From positions 224,001-288,000 of the forward strand of contig CBDCRW010000005.1 of assembly GCA_965221125.1 (NCBI GenBank): DNA of 64,000 nt, given 5' to 3'. Below are positions 10,077 to 20,175 of the stretch, in pieces. The position numbers were made by a program, and so were the translations under genes. How positions within the stretch are numbered: the stretch's first letter is position 1; each line of letters begins with the position of its first letter. The stretch is from Alphaproteobacteria bacterium (lineage in GTDB: Bacteria > Pseudomonadota > Alphaproteobacteria > UBA828). Under the pieces are notes generated by a model. The model worked only from the letters and a program-made list of their open reading frames with translations. It was not told where the DNA came from and ran no database searches.

Positions 10077-10813
10077 GCGAGGCGGCGCGCGAGCACGAGG
10101 TCATCCTGGAGACGAAGGCGCTGGAGAAGCGTTTCGGCGGCGTGAGCGCCATCGCGGGCGTCGACTTCTCGCTGAGAAGGGGCGAGCTGCGCTGCCTGAT
10201 CGGGCCGAACGGCGCGGGCAAGAGCACCTTCTTCAAGATGCTCACCGCCCAGATCAGGCCGTCCGCCGGGCAGGTGCTGTTCGACGGCCGCGACATCAGC
10301 CGCGCGCACCCGCACGAAATCTCCCGCCTCGGCATCGGCATCAAGAACCAGGTGCCGGACGTCTACGACGGCATCACCGTGGACGAGAACCTGTGGCTGG
10401 CGGCGCGCTTCCGCCACGGCGCACGGGCCGCGCGCGCCAAGGTGGACGAGACGCTCGCCCGGCTCGACCTCGGCGACATCCGCTGGCAGATGCTGGGCGC
10501 CTTGGCCCACGGCCAGCGCCAGTGGGTCGAGTTCGGCATGGTGATGGCGCTGGAGCCCGAGATCATCCTGCTCGACGAGCCGACGGCGGGCATGAGCATC
10601 GAGGAGACGAACCGCACGGCGGCGCTGATCCGCGAGGTGAACCGCACCACGACCATCGTCGTGGTCGAGCACGACATGCAGTTCATCCGCCAGATCGCCG
10701 ATATCGTCACCGTGTTCCACCAGGGCCGCATCCTGGCCGAGGACACCATGGCGCGCATCCAGGCCAACCGGGCCGTGCGCGAGGTCTACCTGGGGACCTC
10801 CGGCCTTGCTTGA
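10073..10813 (+). CDS. ABC ATP-binding protein (UrtD/LivG-like)
   Basis: GPNGAGKST, LLDEPTAGM, VVEHDM; ATGA overlap. Confidence 0.9.
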   Translation: MSEAAREHEVILETKALEKRFGGVSAIAGVDFSLRRGELRCLIGPNGAGKSTFFKMLTAQIRPSAGQVLFDGRDISRAHPHEISRLGIGIKNQVPDVYDGITVDENLWLAARFRHGARAARAKVDETLARLDLGDIRWQMLGALAHGQRQWVEFGMVMALEPEIILLDEPTAGMSIEETNRTAALIREVNRTTTIVVVEHDMQFIRQIADIVTVFHQGRILAEDTMARIQANRAVREVYLGTSGLA

Positions 10814-11498
10814 GGTGGAAGGCCTTAGCGCCGGCTACGGCCGCATCCCGATCCTGAACGGGATCGAGTTCTCCATCGCGCGCGGCGAGATCGTGGGCGT
10901 GCTCGGCCACAACGGCATGGGCAAGACGACGCTCTTGCGCACGCTGATGGGGGAGATCCGCGCCACCGGCGGCAGCATCCACTTCGAGGACGAGGACATC
11001 ACCCGGCTCGCCATGCACCGGCGCGCGCGGCTCGGCATCGGCTATGTGCCGCAGGGGCGCGACATCTATCCGCAGCTCAGCGTCATGGACAACCTGCGCA
11101 TGGGCGAGATCGTGCGCCGCGGCCAGAGCGCCGTGCCGGAGCTGCTCGACTACTTCCCGCTGCTGGAGACGCTGCTGGAGCGGCCGGGGCGCGCGCTCTC
11201 CGGCGGCGAGCAGCAGATTCTGGCGCTGGCCCGCTGCCTCGCCGGGCGGCCGCGCCTCCTGCTGCTGGACGAGCCCACGGAGGGCATCCAGCCCTCCATC
11301 GTCGATCAGATCCAGGCGAAGCTCGCCGAGCTTGCCGCGGCGCTCGACCTCACGGTGCTGCTGGTCGAGCAGAACCTCCGCTTCATCCAGGCGCTGGCGG
11401 AGCGGGTGCTGATCATGCAGAAGGGCACCATCGTCGCGACCATCGCGCCGGAGCAGCTCTCCGACCAAGCGATCGTGGACGAGTACCTGGGCATCTGA
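10806..11498 (+). CDS. ABC ATP-binding protein (UrtE/LivF-like)
   Basis: GHNGMGKTT, LSGGEQQ, LDEPTEGIQPS. Confidence 0.9.
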   Translation: MLEVEGLSAGYGRIPILNGIEFSIARGEIVGVLGHNGMGKTTLLRTLMGEIRATGGSIHFEDEDITRLAMHRRARLGIGYVPQGRDIYPQLSVMDNLRMGEIVRRGQSAVPELLDYFPLLETLLERPGRALSGGEQQILALARCLAGRPRLLLLDEPTEGIQPSIVDQIQAKLAELAAALDLTVLLVEQNLRFIQALAERVLIMQKGTIVATIAPEQLSDQAIVDEYLGI

Positions 11499-11594
11499 CC
11501 GGCGGGCACCGCCGGCCCCGCACCATGGTGCCTTGTTCAGCTACAGACCGAGAGTCATGGGTTCATGGATCGCGAATGGTGGTCGTCGACCGTT

Positions 11595-11804
11595 TCATTC
11601 GTGTTCCAATGGCGTGCGCTGTCCCAGCTTCGCCAGGCGCCGCGCGAATTCCCGTTCAAGCCGCCTTCGGCGGAACGGTGTGAGCTTGAGCCAGTCTCCG
11701 ATCTCGGCGGCGGTCCTGCCACAGCCCAGGCACCACCCCGTCTTCGGGTCGAGTTGGCAGACGTCGATGCATGGGGATTGCGCGCGTCTCGCCCTCCGTC
11801 TCAT
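11595..11804 (-). CDS. DUF1289 family small Cys-rich protein
   Basis: SPCIDVC...CLGCGRT..EI..W signature. Confidence 0.8.
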   Translation of the reverse strand: MRRRARRAQSPCIDVCQLDPKTGWCLGCGRTAAEIGDWLKLTPFRRRRLEREFARRLAKLGQRTPLEHE

Positions 11805-11837
11805 GGAAGAACCTCGATTGGAGTTCCCTGTTCGCGC

Positions 11838-12893
11838 TCATGATGGAGTGCGCCAGTCGGAAAGGCTAATTCGACCGACAAAGCCGCCCTCGGTACCGAG
11901 CGCGAGATGCTGCCCATCCGCCGACCATGCGAGCGCGGTGACGGCGCCCTCGCCGGGTCGCTTGACCACGGCCGGATGATCGCGGTCGATCTGCACGAGG
12001 ATGGCGGCACCGTCCTCGTATCCGGCGGCGACCACGTCATGCCGGGGGTGGGCAGCCACCACCGTCACCACGCCCTCGAAGCCCCACCCGAGGTCGAGCG
12101 CCGCCTTGCCGAGTGGACCGCTCTTGCCGTGGAATGGCCAACAAACCACGGACTCCGCGCCGGCGGTCGCCAGATACCTTCCCTTCGGCAGCCAGCTCAT
12201 CGACTTGACCTTCGTCGGGTAGCCGGGCATCTGCATATCGGTGCCGTCGGAGACACGCCAACCGTGCAGTTCGTTCTCCTGCATTGCGGTGACGATGTAT
12301 TTCCCGTCCGGGCTCCAGGTCAGACTGAGGTGCGAACCCGACCAGCTGAGTCGCTTGGGTTTCTGCGTGCTGGGCTTCGCCCACCAGAGGCTGACCCCAC
12401 CATAGTGCGCGGCGGCGATCCGCCGCCCTTTCGGGTCGAATGCCAGACCGCCGACCGTGTTCGCATGATCGAACGCTCCGACCGCTCTTCCATCCTGCGC
12501 GAAAAGGGAAACTGTCTTGCCGAAGACCGCAGCGCATAGTCCGGATGCCCTGCTCACGGCAATCGGCTCGACCCATCGCCCCGCAATGGCTGCGATTTCG
12601 ATGGTCTCGCCGTCGCTATCGGTGCTCACCAGCCGAGCGTCGTCTCCGCCCGTCAGAACGCGCTGCTGCCCCGAGTCGACGGCCAGCGAAAGACAAGGCC
12701 CGTCATGCACCGAAACGAAGGACGGAGAATTCGTGCTCTCGCTGTCGATGAACGCGACCCGACCGTCCCCGAGTGCAGCCGCGAGCAGCCCCTCCTCAAG
12801 GAACGCGAGGCCCACCACATAAGCGTCGAGCGAGCAGCCGGCGCCGATGCGATCGAGCAGCGACGTCTTGTCCAGCTCAGTGGACAAGCTCAT
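11838..12893 (-). CDS. WD40 repeat protein (partner of a CobW/COG0523 GTPase)
   Basis: Repeated beta-propeller blades (LTGGDD, LAFDPKG, LTWSPDG, LAWSADG); MPGYPTKVKS. Confidence 0.85.
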   Translation of the reverse strand: MSLSTELDKTSLLDRIGAGCSLDAYVVGLAFLEEGLLAAALGDGRVAFIDSESTNSPSFVSVHDGPCLSLAVDSGQQRVLTGGDDARLVSTDSDGETIEIAAIAGRWVEPIAVSRASGLCAAVFGKTVSLFAQDGRAVGAFDHANTVGGLAFDPKGRRIAAAHYGGVSLWWAKPSTQKPKRLSWSGSHLSLTWSPDGKYIVTAMQENELHGWRVSDGTDMQMPGYPTKVKSMSWLPKGRYLATAGAESVVCWPFHGKSGPLGKAALDLGWGFEGVVTVVAAHPRHDVVAAGYEDGAAILVQIDRDHPAVVKRPGEGAVTALAWSADGQHLALGTEGGFVGRISLSDWRTPS

Positions 12894-13846
12894 GCGATGC
12901 AGGCGTCGAACTGCTGACGAAGCTCCAGCTCATCGATGTTTCGCCCGATGAAGACCAGGCGACTCTCTCGGTTCTCGTTTGGGCTCCACGGCTTCGTGAA
13001 ATTGCCTTCCATCAGCATATGGACCGCCTGGACGACAAACTGCTTGTCCTGACCGGCGATCGACAGGATCCCCTTGGTTCGCAGAAAGTCTTGACCGCGC
13101 TCGGCGAGCAGGCGCTGCAACCACCCTGTGAGGCGGGTTCCGTCCAACGGCCGCTCGGTGCGCAGGCAGACGCTCTTCACGGCATCGTCGTGTTCATGGT
13201 CGTCTTCCGAGAGAAAGTCCGGCTCGATCGCCAGGATGCGATCGAGATCGAAGGCGCGGCGCCCCAGAACCGTGTCGAGCCCCACCTCGCATCGCTCCGT
13301 GCGATGAATAACCGCCGTCGCATTGATCGAACGGATGCGCGTTTCCACCTGCGCCAGCTCATCGGCCGGCACGAGATCCGTCTTGTTGAGAAGGATGACG
13401 TCGGCAAAGGCAATCTGTTCCAGCGCCTCATGGCTGTCTTCCAGCCGCCGGACGACATGGCGGGCGTCGACCACCGTCACGATCGAATCGAGCCAGGTCC
13501 GTCGCCGAACGTCTTCGTCCACGAAGAAGGTCTGGGCGACGGGCGCGGGATCGGCAAGGCCCGTGGTCTCGATGAGGATTCCATCGAAGCCGTCTTGCCG
13601 TTTCATCAACCCGCCAAGGATGCGGATCAGATCCCCGCGTACGGTGCAGCAGATGCAACCGTTGTTCATCTCGAACACTTCCTCGTCGGCGTTGACCACG
13701 AGGTCGTTGTCGATACCGATTTCGCCGAACTCATTGACGACCACGGCGTATTTCTTGCCGTGCTCCTCGGTCAGGATGCGGTTCAGGAGTGTTGTCTTGC
13801 CGGCGCCGAGATAGCCGGTCAGAACGGTAACGGGGATCTGGTTCAT
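12890..13846 (-). CDS. COG0523/CobW-family GTPase metallochaperone
   Basis: [31 protein letters not shown]. Confidence 0.93.
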   Translation of the reverse strand: MNQIPVTVLTGYLGAGKTTLLNRILTEEHGKKYAVVVNEFGEIGIDNDLVVNADEEVFEMNNGCICCTVRGDLIRILGGLMKRQDGFDGILIETTGLADPAPVAQTFFVDEDVRRRTWLDSIVTVVDARHVVRRLEDSHEALEQIAFADVILLNKTDLVPADELAQVETRIRSINATAVIHRTERCEVGLDTVLGRRAFDLDRILAIEPDFLSEDDHEHDDAVKSVCLRTERPLDGTRLTGWLQRLLAERGQDFLRTKGILSIAGQDKQFVVQAVHMLMEGNFTKPWSPNENRESRLVFIGRNIDELELRQQFDACIA

Positions 13847-14021
13847 GGATTCCGTCTCCTTCGATCTTTGAAGCCGTTCAGCAGCGCGCTGCGGCCTCCA
13901 CTCAGTTCACGGATGCTGGCTGAAAGCGCTGTTCGGGACACGCCCCCATGCGCGATGTGCCGACCTGTCCCTCTCGTTCGTGGACGTCCAGCGTCCCGTC
14001 TTCCGCAGGCTGCGCCGGGCC

Positions 14022-15065
14022 TTACGGAGCCAGCGCCTGCGCGAGGGTCGTCGCGTTGTGGCGCATCATGTCGAGGTAGGTCGGCGCCGGGCCGTCCGGG
14101 CCGGACAGCGCGCCGGGATAAAGCGTGCCGCCGATGGTGGCCCCGGTCTCGTTTGCGATCTGCTCGAGCAGGCGCCCGTCGGTGATGTTCTCGACGAAGA
14201 CGGCCGAGATACCCTCGTCGCGGATGCGCACGATCAGCCGGGCGACGTCCTGCGCCGATGCCTCGGACTCGGTGCTGAGCCCTTGCGGTGCCAGGAAGGT
14301 CAGCCCGTAGTCGCGGCCGAAATACTGGAACGCATCGTGCGAGGTGACGACGGTGCGGCGGTCGGCCGGCAGGGCTGCCACGATCTCGCGGATCTCCGCG
14401 TCGAGCGTCGCGATCTCGGCGCCGTAGGCTGCGCGGTTCCAGTGGAAGTCGGCCGCGTTCGCCGGGTCGGCCTGAGCCAGAGCGTCAGCGATGTTGTCGA
14501 CATAGGCTGCGGCATTGCGGAGGCTCTGCCAGCCGTGCGGGTCGAAGGCGCCGTGGTCGTGGTGGTCGTGGCCTGCCTCGGCTTGCTCCTCGTGGTCGTC
14601 ATCGTGGTCGTCATCATGACCGGCCTCGGCATGGTCATCGTGGCCGTGGTCATGCCCGGCCTCTTCGGCATGCTCGTCGTGGCCGTCATCATGACCGTGC
14701 TCGTCGTCGAACGCGATCGGGTCGATGCCGTCGGTCGCCACCACCCGGACACCGCGGAAATCCGAAGCGGCGATCAGACGGTCCAGCCAGCCCTCGAACT
14801 GCAGCCCGTTGACGACAAGGATCTCCGCTTCGCTGACGGCCCGCGCGTCGGCGGGGGTCGGCTGGTAGACATGCGTGTCGCCGTCGGGGCCGACGAGCGT
14901 CGTGACGGCGACGTGCTCGCCGCCGATCCGCTTCACCATGTCGCCGAGGATGGAGAAGGTGGCGACCACCGGGGTCGGTTTGTCGGCCTCTGCGACGGCC
15001 GGAGCGGCGAGCGACACGGCGAGGAGGGCTGTGGCGGACATCAGAAGCGCTCTGCGGGTGGGCAT
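14022..15065 (-). CDS. Zinc ABC substrate-binding protein (ZnuA/AztC-like) with His/Asp-rich loop
   Basis: VVATFSILGD, DTHVYQPT, DPHGWQS, TSHDAFQYF; His-rich loop. Confidence 0.9.
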   Translation of the reverse strand: MPTRRALLMSATALLAVSLAAPAVAEADKPTPVVATFSILGDMVKRIGGEHVAVTTLVGPDGDTHVYQPTPADARAVSEAEILVVNGLQFEGWLDRLIAASDFRGVRVVATDGIDPIAFDDEHGHDDGHDEHAEEAGHDHGHDDHAEAGHDDDHDDDHEEQAEAGHDHHDHGAFDPHGWQSLRNAAAYVDNIADALAQADPANAADFHWNRAAYGAEIATLDAEIREIVAALPADRRTVVTSHDAFQYFGRDYGLTFLAPQGLSTESEASAQDVARLIVRIRDEGISAVFVENITDGRLLEQIANETGATIGGTLYPGALSGPDGPAPTYLDMMRHNATTLAQALAP

Positions 15066-15076
15066 TGATACTCCTT

Positions 15077-15207
15077 TCAGGCTTCGAGGTGGCGGCGCGG
15101 GAAGGCCCGCGTGGCGAGACCGCCCACCGGCCCGAAGACCAGCGACAGCGCGCAGGCGAAACCCGCGACACCGCCATCAGCGTGCCGAGCGCCGCCCGCG
15201 GAAATCC
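15077..15207 (-). pseudogene. Remnant of a metal ABC permease (AztB/ZnuB-like)
   Basis: ALGTLMAV in one frame joined to C-terminal LSLVFGPVGGLATRAFPRRHLEA* in another frame, just upstream of the SBP ribosome-binding site. Confidence 0.6.
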
Positions 15208-15276
15208 GGATCGGTGCCGGGCCGGGGTCGGGCCGGCGGTTTCGTCATCGCCTGTCTCACTTTGCGAGGCGTAGAA

Positions 15277-15294
15277 GTAATGTTATAACGTTTT
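15277..15294. promoter_or_regulatory. Putative Zur box
   Basis: GTAATGTTATAACGTTTT near-palindrome in an AT-rich patch upstream of the zinc SBP operon; resembles 20054-20071. Confidence 0.7.
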
Positions 15295-15333
15295 ATATCG
15301 TTTCTTACAAGCATCGGTGGGGAAATCCACCAT

Positions 15334-16239
15334 CTATGTCTCCGAGCCGGGTACGACGCCGCGCGGCAGACTCACGACGTGGTCCGCGATCTCGCCCGGC
15401 CGCGTGAACCACACATGCCCACTGTCAACGTGCGTCCGAATATGCTGAAGCGCGCGCCGGAGCTGGACCAGCCGGAACGGCTGTCCGACGACGGGCGTAT
15501 GGAGCGAGATTGCGCAGACGAGCGGCTGTCGTGCGGATTGACGCAGCATTTCGTCGAACTGATCGACGATCAGGCCGGTAAAGTCGGCGGCCGTGTGATG
15601 GCGGGTGAGCATGGCCGGCGCGTCGTTGATCTCGACCGGATAGGGCATCGCCATTAGCGGGCCGGCACGCGTCGCGAGCCAAACCGGCTGGTCATCCAGC
15701 GGCCAATCGAGAACGTAGGAATAGCCTGCCTCCTTGAGCAGGTCGGGGGTGATTCCCGTTTCCGAAATCCACGGACCCAGCCAGCCCTGTGGCGAATGGC
15801 CTTCATGTCGGGCGATCGTTGCGGTTGCCTCGGCGATCAGCGCGCGCTCGGCCGCTTCGTCGAGATCGCCCTGGCGTTCGGAATTCGTCCGGCCGTGCGC
15901 GACGATCTCGTCACCCCGCGCCCGAGCGCGTTCGAGAATCTGCGGCGCATAGTCATAGACAGCAGAGTTGACCAGATGGCAGGCGGGAATTCGCAACTCG
16001 TCGAAAAGATCGAAGAGCCTCCAGATGCCAACGCGCAGGCCATAGTCGCGCCAGGCAAAGTTCCTCACATCGGGCTGAGGTGTCGCATAGGACGGCGTAT
16101 GACCGAGCCCCTCGCCGAAATGAAAGTGCTCCACATTGACGGCGACGTAGAAGGCGAGCCGCTTGCCACCGGGCCACTCGTAATGCGGCCGGCCGGAGAT
16201 GGGACTGTAGTGGTAGCGGCCGTGCGTCTTGAGGGTCAT
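15334..16239 (-). CDS. Polysaccharide deacetylase family protein (PuuE-like)
   Basis: WPGGKRLA, RDYGLRVG, EIVAHG, GWLGPW, DDQP, ISLH. Confidence 0.82.
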   Translation of the reverse strand: MTLKTHGRYHYSPISGRPHYEWPGGKRLAFYVAVNVEHFHFGEGLGHTPSYATPQPDVRNFAWRDYGLRVGIWRLFDLFDELRIPACHLVNSAVYDYAPQILERARARGDEIVAHGRTNSERQGDLDEAAERALIAEATATIARHEGHSPQGWLGPWISETGITPDLLKEAGYSYVLDWPLDDQPVWLATRAGPLMAMPYPVEINDAPAMLTRHHTAADFTGLIVDQFDEMLRQSARQPLVCAISLHTPVVGQPFRLVQLRRALQHIRTHVDSGHVWFTRPGEIADHVVSLPRGVVPGSET

Positions 16240-16351
16240 TGCGGTCTACGCTCCGCCTGCTCGAACCAGCCAAGACGCGAAGAGCGCGCGGATGAATTGG
16301 AAGGTCCGTGCGCGGGATCGGCGACCGGGCGAGGCGGGACGACGCGCATGG

Positions 16352-16912
16352 TCAGAACTCCCCCTCAAGGCGCTTGTATCCCTGAACGAGGGCGTTGTTG
16401 GTGCGCACGACGTCCTCCGAGAACGCAGAGGCATCGGCGCTGACCTTCGGTATGGCGGCGAGGTCGGTGTGGGGTCCGATACGCTGTGTGGAGGGGACGT
16501 AGAACCCGGCCGGCAGGTCACAGCCATCGACCACCGCGTTGTGACCCACGACGCAGCCTTCGCCCACCGCGCAGTTGAAGAGCACGCTGTTAAAACCGAT
16601 GAAAGCACTGTCGCCGACCGAGCAGGGGCCGTGGACGATCGCGCGATGTGCGATCGAAGTCCGCTCGCCGATGGTGACTGCCGCGCCGGACTTGGAGTGA
16701 ATGACCACACCGTCCTGAATGTTCGAGTGCGCACCGATGACGATGGCCTCCATATGGCCGTTCGCGTCCACCTCGTCGGCGCGGATCACGGCATAGGGGC
16801 CGATGAAGACGTTCTCATGGACGACCACACGACCGCAGAGAATGGCCGTTGGATCGACAAAGGCGCTGTCGTGGACAACCGGGAGGTCGCCGCACGGGTT
16901 CTTGCGGATCAT
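16352..16912 (-). CDS. Gamma-class carbonic anhydrase (hexapeptide repeat)
   Basis: MIRKNP..LPVVHDSAFVDPTA, IRADE, NIQDGVVIH, IAHRAIVHG. Confidence 0.88.
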   Translation of the reverse strand: MIRKNPCGDLPVVHDSAFVDPTAILCGRVVVHENVFIGPYAVIRADEVDANGHMEAIVIGAHSNIQDGVVIHSKSGAAVTIGERTSIAHRAIVHGPCSVGDSAFIGFNSVLFNCAVGEGCVVGHNAVVDGCDLPAGFYVPSTQRIGPHTDLAAIPKVSADASAFSEDVVRTNNALVQGYKRLEGEF

Positions 16913-16978
16913 CGGGCCGGCGATCCCGTTTTCATGGCCGACATGGATTGAAACCAGCGGGGACATCGCGGCATCGGC

Positions 16979-18361
16979 CTATCCGGCTTTCTGCCAGGCC
17001 GGGCCATCGGCCCGATCCTGAACCACGACGCCGAGGCCAGCGAGTTCGTCGCGGATCCGATCCGCGGTGGCGTAGTCTCGTGCCGATCGAGCGGCCCGCC
17101 GTGCCTCGACCAGTCGCCGGATCCTCGCCGTCTCTCCGTCTTCTCCGGTGGGCTGTCCGAACCAGGCTGCCGGATCCTGCTGCAACAGGCCCAGCAAGCC
17201 GCCAGCATCGCGCAAAGCCGCCTTGTACTTGGCACGATCCGCCTCGGTCGTCGCCCGGCGTGCCGCCTTCGCCATTCGGAAGAGTTCGGCGATTGCTCTC
17301 GGGAAATTCAGATCGTCCTCAAGGGCCGCCACGAACGCGTCCAACAGGCCGAGCGGACAGGCAATATCGGGAGCATCGCCGAGATCGCGGAGCACGCCGT
17401 AAAGACGGTCGAGACCATGCCGCGCCTGAGCGAGTCCGTCCGTGCTCCAGTCGAGCGGCTGGCGATAGTGCGCGCCCAGCAGCGCGAAGCGGATGGCCTC
17501 GCCCGGCGCCTCGTCGAGGAGATCGCGGACGAGAAGCACGTTGCCAAGCGACTTCGACATCTTCCGTCCCTCGACGGTGACGAAGCCGTTGTGGACCCAG
17601 TATCGGCAGTACAGCTCTCCGTCATGGGCGCAGGTGCCTTGGGCGATCTCGTTCTCGTGGTGCGGAAAGATCAGGTCTTGGCCGCCGCCATGAATGTCGA
17701 TCGACGCCCCGAGATGCCGCTCGATCATGGCCGAGCATTCGATATGCCAGCCGGGTCGCCCGCGGCCCCAGGGGCTCTCCCAGCCCGGCAGGTCCGGAGT
17801 CGAGGGCTTCCAGAGAACGAAGTCCGCCGGGTCTCGCTTGAAGGGGGCCACTTCCACCCGCGCACCGGCGATCATTTCATCGCGATTGCGGCCAGACAGA
17901 GCGCCGTAAGCCGAAAACGAGGGCACGTGGAACAGGACATGCCCCTCGACCGCATAGGCATGACCCCGCGCGATCAGCCGCTCCACCATGCCGATGATCT
18001 CGGCGATATGCTCCGTCACGCGCGGCTCAAGGTCCGGCGTCAGGACCCCGAGCGCGGCCATGTCGGCATGGTAGGCCTCGATATAGCGTTCAGTGACGAA
18101 CGAGATCGGCTGGCCGGCCTCCTTCGCGGCGGCGTTGATCTTGTCGTCGACATCCGTGAAATTGCGGGCGTAGACGACCCGCCCGAAGCGCCGCTTGAGG
18201 AGGCGATACAGAACGTCGAACACGACCGCCGGTCGGGCATTGCCGATGTGGGCGAAGTTGTAGACGGTCGGTCCGCAGACATACATCGTGACGTGATCGG
18301 GGCTCGCCGGCGCGAACGGCTCTTTCGTTCGCTTCAAGGTGTTGGTCAGGCACAGCGTCAT
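16979..18361 (-). CDS. cysS: Cysteine--tRNA ligase (probable Zur-controlled paralog)
   Basis: [32 protein letters not shown]. Confidence 0.96.
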   Translation of the reverse strand: MTLCLTNTLKRTKEPFAPASPDHVTMYVCGPTVYNFAHIGNARPAVVFDVLYRLLKRRFGRVVYARNFTDVDDKINAAAKEAGQPISFVTERYIEAYHADMAALGVLTPDLEPRVTEHIAEIIGMVERLIARGHAYAVEGHVLFHVPSFSAYGALSGRNRDEMIAGARVEVAPFKRDPADFVLWKPSTPDLPGWESPWGRGRPGWHIECSAMIERHLGASIDIHGGGQDLIFPHHENEIAQGTCAHDGELYCRYWVHNGFVTVEGRKMSKSLGNVLLVRDLLDEAPGEAIRFALLGAHYRQPLDWSTDGLAQARHGLDRLYGVLRDLGDAPDIACPLGLLDAFVAALEDDLNFPRAIAELFRMAKAARRATTEADRAKYKAALRDAGGLLGLLQQDPAAWFGQPTGEDGETARIRRLVEARRAARSARDYATADRIRDELAGLGVVVQDRADGPAWQKAG

Positions 18362-19497
18362 CTTCGCGCCTCGAACATTGCGATGTCGCTGTCGCCCGAG
18401 TCGACGGGCAGGATTTTCGGCTGCCGGACCTCGCGGGTCCCGAGCATCTTCAGCGTGTCTCGGAGCGCGGACTCGTCTATGTCGCGCGTGATGAAGACGA
18501 TCCGGGAGCGGCGGTCTTCACCCGGCCATTCCTTCAGCATGACCGCCGGGTGGAAGATGTGCTGGACGCCGTGAATGACAATCGGTCCATCGAGATCGAC
18601 CACATTGATGAGTCCCTTGGTTCGCAGAAAGTCCGCGCCCCGGAGCAGGAGCAGCGTTTCGAGCCAGAGATCGAGCGCGTCGCCATGGATCGGCTCATCG
18701 ATCGTGAGGCAGAGCGCCTTGATGTGAGCGTCATGGCGATTGACGTCGTTGTGTTGGTGGCCGTGGCCGGCCGTTCCGTGTTCATGATCGTGCGGCTCGG
18801 CGTAGGCCTCCGCCTTGAGCCAGTTCTGCACGTCGAGGCTCTTGGTCTTCGGGTCGTAAAGGCCGGCATCGAACAGCGATGCCGGATCCACGACGCCGTT
18901 TTCTGCAACGATCTGCGGAGCTGCGGGGTTCAGGCCCCTCAGACGGTCCTGCAATCTGCGCAGGACATCGAGGTCGACGAGATCGGTCTTGGTCAGCAGC
19001 AATCGGTCCGCCACCGCCGCCTGCTTGACGGACTCGACCTGGCGATCGAGCGTGTCGCCGCCATTGACCGCATCGACCGTGGCGATGACCCCGTCCAGGC
19101 GATAGCGCCGCGCGACGGCCGGTTCGGTCATCAAGGTATGAAGGATCGGGGCCGGATCCGCGAGCCCGGTGGTCTCGATGACCACCCTGTCGAACCATGG
19201 CTCGCCGCCCCGCGCAAAGCGTCCGGGGGCCTCGCGCAAGGTCTTGGCAAGGTCGCCCCGGATGGTGCAGCAGAGGCAGCCGCTCGACATCTCGATGACG
19301 ACGTCATCCTTGCCGTGCGTGACGAGGTCGTGGTCGAGGCCGATCTCGCCGAACTCGTTGATGAGCACGAGTGTCCGGCTCAGTGCAGGCTGCCGGATCA
19401 GATGGCCGAGCACGGTCGTCTTGCCGCTGCCAAGGAAGCCGGTCAGCACCGAGACCGGCAGACGTTGCGAGGGTCCATCGAGAGTCCAGCTTTCCAC
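18358..19497 (-). CDS. COG0523/CobW-family GTPase
   Basis: [22 protein letters not shown], His-rich linker; GTG start after GAGG. Confidence 0.9.
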   Translation of the reverse strand: MESWTLDGPSQRLPVSVLTGFLGSGKTTVLGHLIRQPALSRTLVLINEFGEIGLDHDLVTHGKDDVVIEMSSGCLCCTIRGDLAKTLREAPGRFARGGEPWFDRVVIETTGLADPAPILHTLMTEPAVARRYRLDGVIATVDAVNGGDTLDRQVESVKQAAVADRLLLTKTDLVDLDVLRRLQDRLRGLNPAAPQIVAENGVVDPASLFDAGLYDPKTKSLDVQNWLKAEAYAEPHDHEHGTAGHGHQHNDVNRHDAHIKALCLTIDEPIHGDALDLWLETLLLLRGADFLRTKGLINVVDLDGPIVIHGVQHIFHPAVMLKEWPGEDRRSRIVFITRDIDESALRDTLKMLGTREVRQPKILPVDSGDSDIAMFEARR

Positions 19498-19517
19498 GGC
19501 GTGCCCCTCGTTCCTGT

Positions 19518-20024
19518 TCAGGCCGCGCCGGCCGCGATGCAGCTCGCGCAGGTGCCCTCCACCTCGACCACGCGTCGCGTCACCCGGTACCCCAGGACGG
19601 CGGCATCCTCGGCAAGCAGCTGCTCGACCCGCAAATCCTCCAATTCGGCGGACGCTCCGCAGTCGCTGCAAATGAAGAACAGGCAATCATGGCCGCGCTC
19701 CGGATGCGCGCAGGGGACGTAAGCATTCCGGCTTTCGATCTTCGAGACGAGTCCCTGGGACATCAGGAACTCGAGCGCCCGGTAGACGGTGGGCGGCCCG
19801 GCCGGGCGGGAGCCCCGAACCTTGAGCGCTTCGATCAGTTCATAGGCGCCCGTCGGGCGACCGCTCTCCCAGAGCAACTCCAGTATCTGGCGCCGCAGCT
19901 CTGTAAGCTGCACCCCGCGCGCGCTGCAGAGGGACATCGCCAGCGCAACCCGTTCAGCCGGCGCATGCTGCCCGCGGCAGCTGGAATCGGTGCAGGGCCG
20001 AGGCTGGGTCGGCGGGAGCGTCAT
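19518..20024 (-). CDS. zur: Zinc uptake regulator (Fur family)
   Basis: GAYELI, PPTVYRALEFL, CSDC and CASC zinc motifs; zinc-gene context. Confidence 0.88.
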   Translation of the reverse strand: MTLPPTQPRPCTDSSCRGQHAPAERVALAMSLCSARGVQLTELRRQILELLWESGRPTGAYELIEALKVRGSRPAGPPTVYRALEFLMSQGLVSKIESRNAYVPCAHPERGHDCLFFICSDCGASAELEDLRVEQLLAEDAAVLGYRVTRRVVEVEGTCASCIAAGAA

Positions 20025-20053
20025 CGGCTTGATCTCTATTGCGCTCTGAGTAC

Positions 20054-20071
20054 GCAACGCTATAACGTTGC
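20054..20071. promoter_or_regulatory. Putative Zur box at the divergent zur/hisI promoter
   Basis: GCAACGCTATAACGTTGC, an 18-bp palindrome with one mismatched pair. Confidence 0.78.
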
Positions 20072-20175
20072 ATTGCTCGATTGCAAGCGCCCAGCCCCCT
20101 TGGAAGCCGGGCGTGGCCGCCGGAAAGGGTTTGACATGGACACAGCGGTGGTCGGAAGCCCCAGGAGCGGCTCCA

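Noticed and set aside
14555-14710. DNA repeats inside the zinc SBP gene as a separate element
   Set aside because: They simply encode the His/Asp-rich loop typical of ZnuA-like proteins
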